Assembly: GCA_031835245.2 (NCBI GenBank)
Contig: JAVKOQ020000027.1
Span: 308,257 to 328,256 of the forward strand
Direction of reading: 5' to 3'
DNA: 20,000 nucleotides
DNA from: Balamuthia mandrillaris
Taxonomy: Eukaryota
The notes under the pieces were generated by a model, which searched no databases, was not told where the DNA came from, and was given only the letters and a program-made list of their open reading frames with translations. The translations under genes were made by a program, and so were the position numbers. Of this stretch, positions 19,374 through 20,000 are shown in pieces (position 1 is the first letter of the stretch; each line of letters opens with the position of its first letter).

Positions 19374-19817
19374 TCACGCATCCCTGTGCTTGTTCTGCTC
19401 CTCCATGACCTTACGAAAGGCGTAGAGGCTGGCCTCCACCGACTCCATCAGCACCTGCAGACCGTCCACCTTCTCCCCCAGCTCGCTCATGCGCTTCTCC
19501 ACGCGGGCCTCCAGCGCATCCATCCTCCGGTCAAAGATCTTGTCAAAGATCTCCCAGCGCCGGTCGTAGCTCTCCTCGAAGAGGTCCAACCGCTTGCCCA
19601 CGCCCTCCTCCACCATCTCCCACCGCGAGTCGGCGCGGCTCTCGGCGCTCTCGGCCCGCATGTCCTGGCTTTCCTCAAAGTCGTCAAAGCGCCGCTCGAA
19701 GCGCTCCTCCAGGTCGTCCATGCGCTTCTCCAACCGCTCCTCCATGGCCTCGCAACGCACGAGGCAGCGGTCGGCCTCGCTCAGCAGGCTTTCGACTGGT
19801 AACGCTGGCGAGCCCAT
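19374..19817 (-). CDS. Intronless uncharacterised coiled-coil protein with 11-residue repeats, about 147 aa
   Basis: GC-rich ORF from ATG 19817 (MGSPALP...); repeats RLEKRMDDLEE / RFERRFDDFEE / GVGKRLDLFEE / SYDRRWEIFDK / IFDRRMDALEA / RVEKRMSELGE. The ORF extension to 19940 looks like UTR. Confidence 0.7.
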   Translation of the reverse strand: MGSPALPVESLLSEADRCLVRCEAMEERLEKRMDDLEERFERRFDDFEESQDMRAESAESRADSRWEMVEEGVGKRLDLFEESYDRRWEIFDKIFDRRMDALEARVEKRMSELGEKVDGLQVLMESVEASLYAFRKVMEEQNKHRDA

Positions 19818-20000
19818 CCCCCCTATGCGCTCCTCCCTTCCCTTGCTCTCACTGTGTGTTTTTTTTTTGCTTGCTCCCACACAGGACAACAAGTGCACAA
19901 AAACAACAACCAAAGTGCTCAATATTTGCTCAGTGCGCACAACGATGTCGGCAAAAAATTAAGCACATTATGCTGAAAAAAAAATTACTTTGCTTGGCAT

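Noticed and set aside
1..20000. Functional gene cluster, or endogenous giant-virus region
   Set aside because: Neighbouring genes are unrelated intron-containing housekeeping genes, and no viral core genes (capsid, polB, packaging ATPase) or transposase are present.

Overview
Gene-dense, intron-rich eukaryotic nuclear DNA (about 10 protein genes in 20 kb; GT-AG introns mostly 50-360 nt; many CT/GAA microsatellites). The style suggests a free-living amoebozoan-type protist, but that is inference only. Spliced models were rebuilt by hand and, except for the DUSP, give intact frames. In order: 5'-partial class IV sirtuin (+), choline/ethanolamine phosphotransferase (-), strictosidine-synthase-like/APMAP hydrolase (-), a 932-aa MORN-F-box-MORN protein (+), ATP23 protease (-), PP2A activator PTPA (+), an intronless giant-virus-type F-box/ankyrin-like protein (+), a mitochondrial ribosomal protein uS15 predicted at 951 aa (-), a DUSP23-like phosphatase with an apparent 1-nt frameshift in a C8 run (-), and an intronless 11-residue-repeat coiled-coil protein (-). 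Most notable: (i) a TGTCG(A/G)CAAA motif array with a perfect 18-bp inverted repeat in the ATP23/PTPA divergent promoter, recurring upstream of two other genes; (ii) the giant uS15m; (iii) two F-box repeat proteins with giant-virus-like architectures; (iv) introns with A-rich 3' ends and AAG/GAG acceptors. No RNA genes, CRISPR arrays or transposons were recognised.
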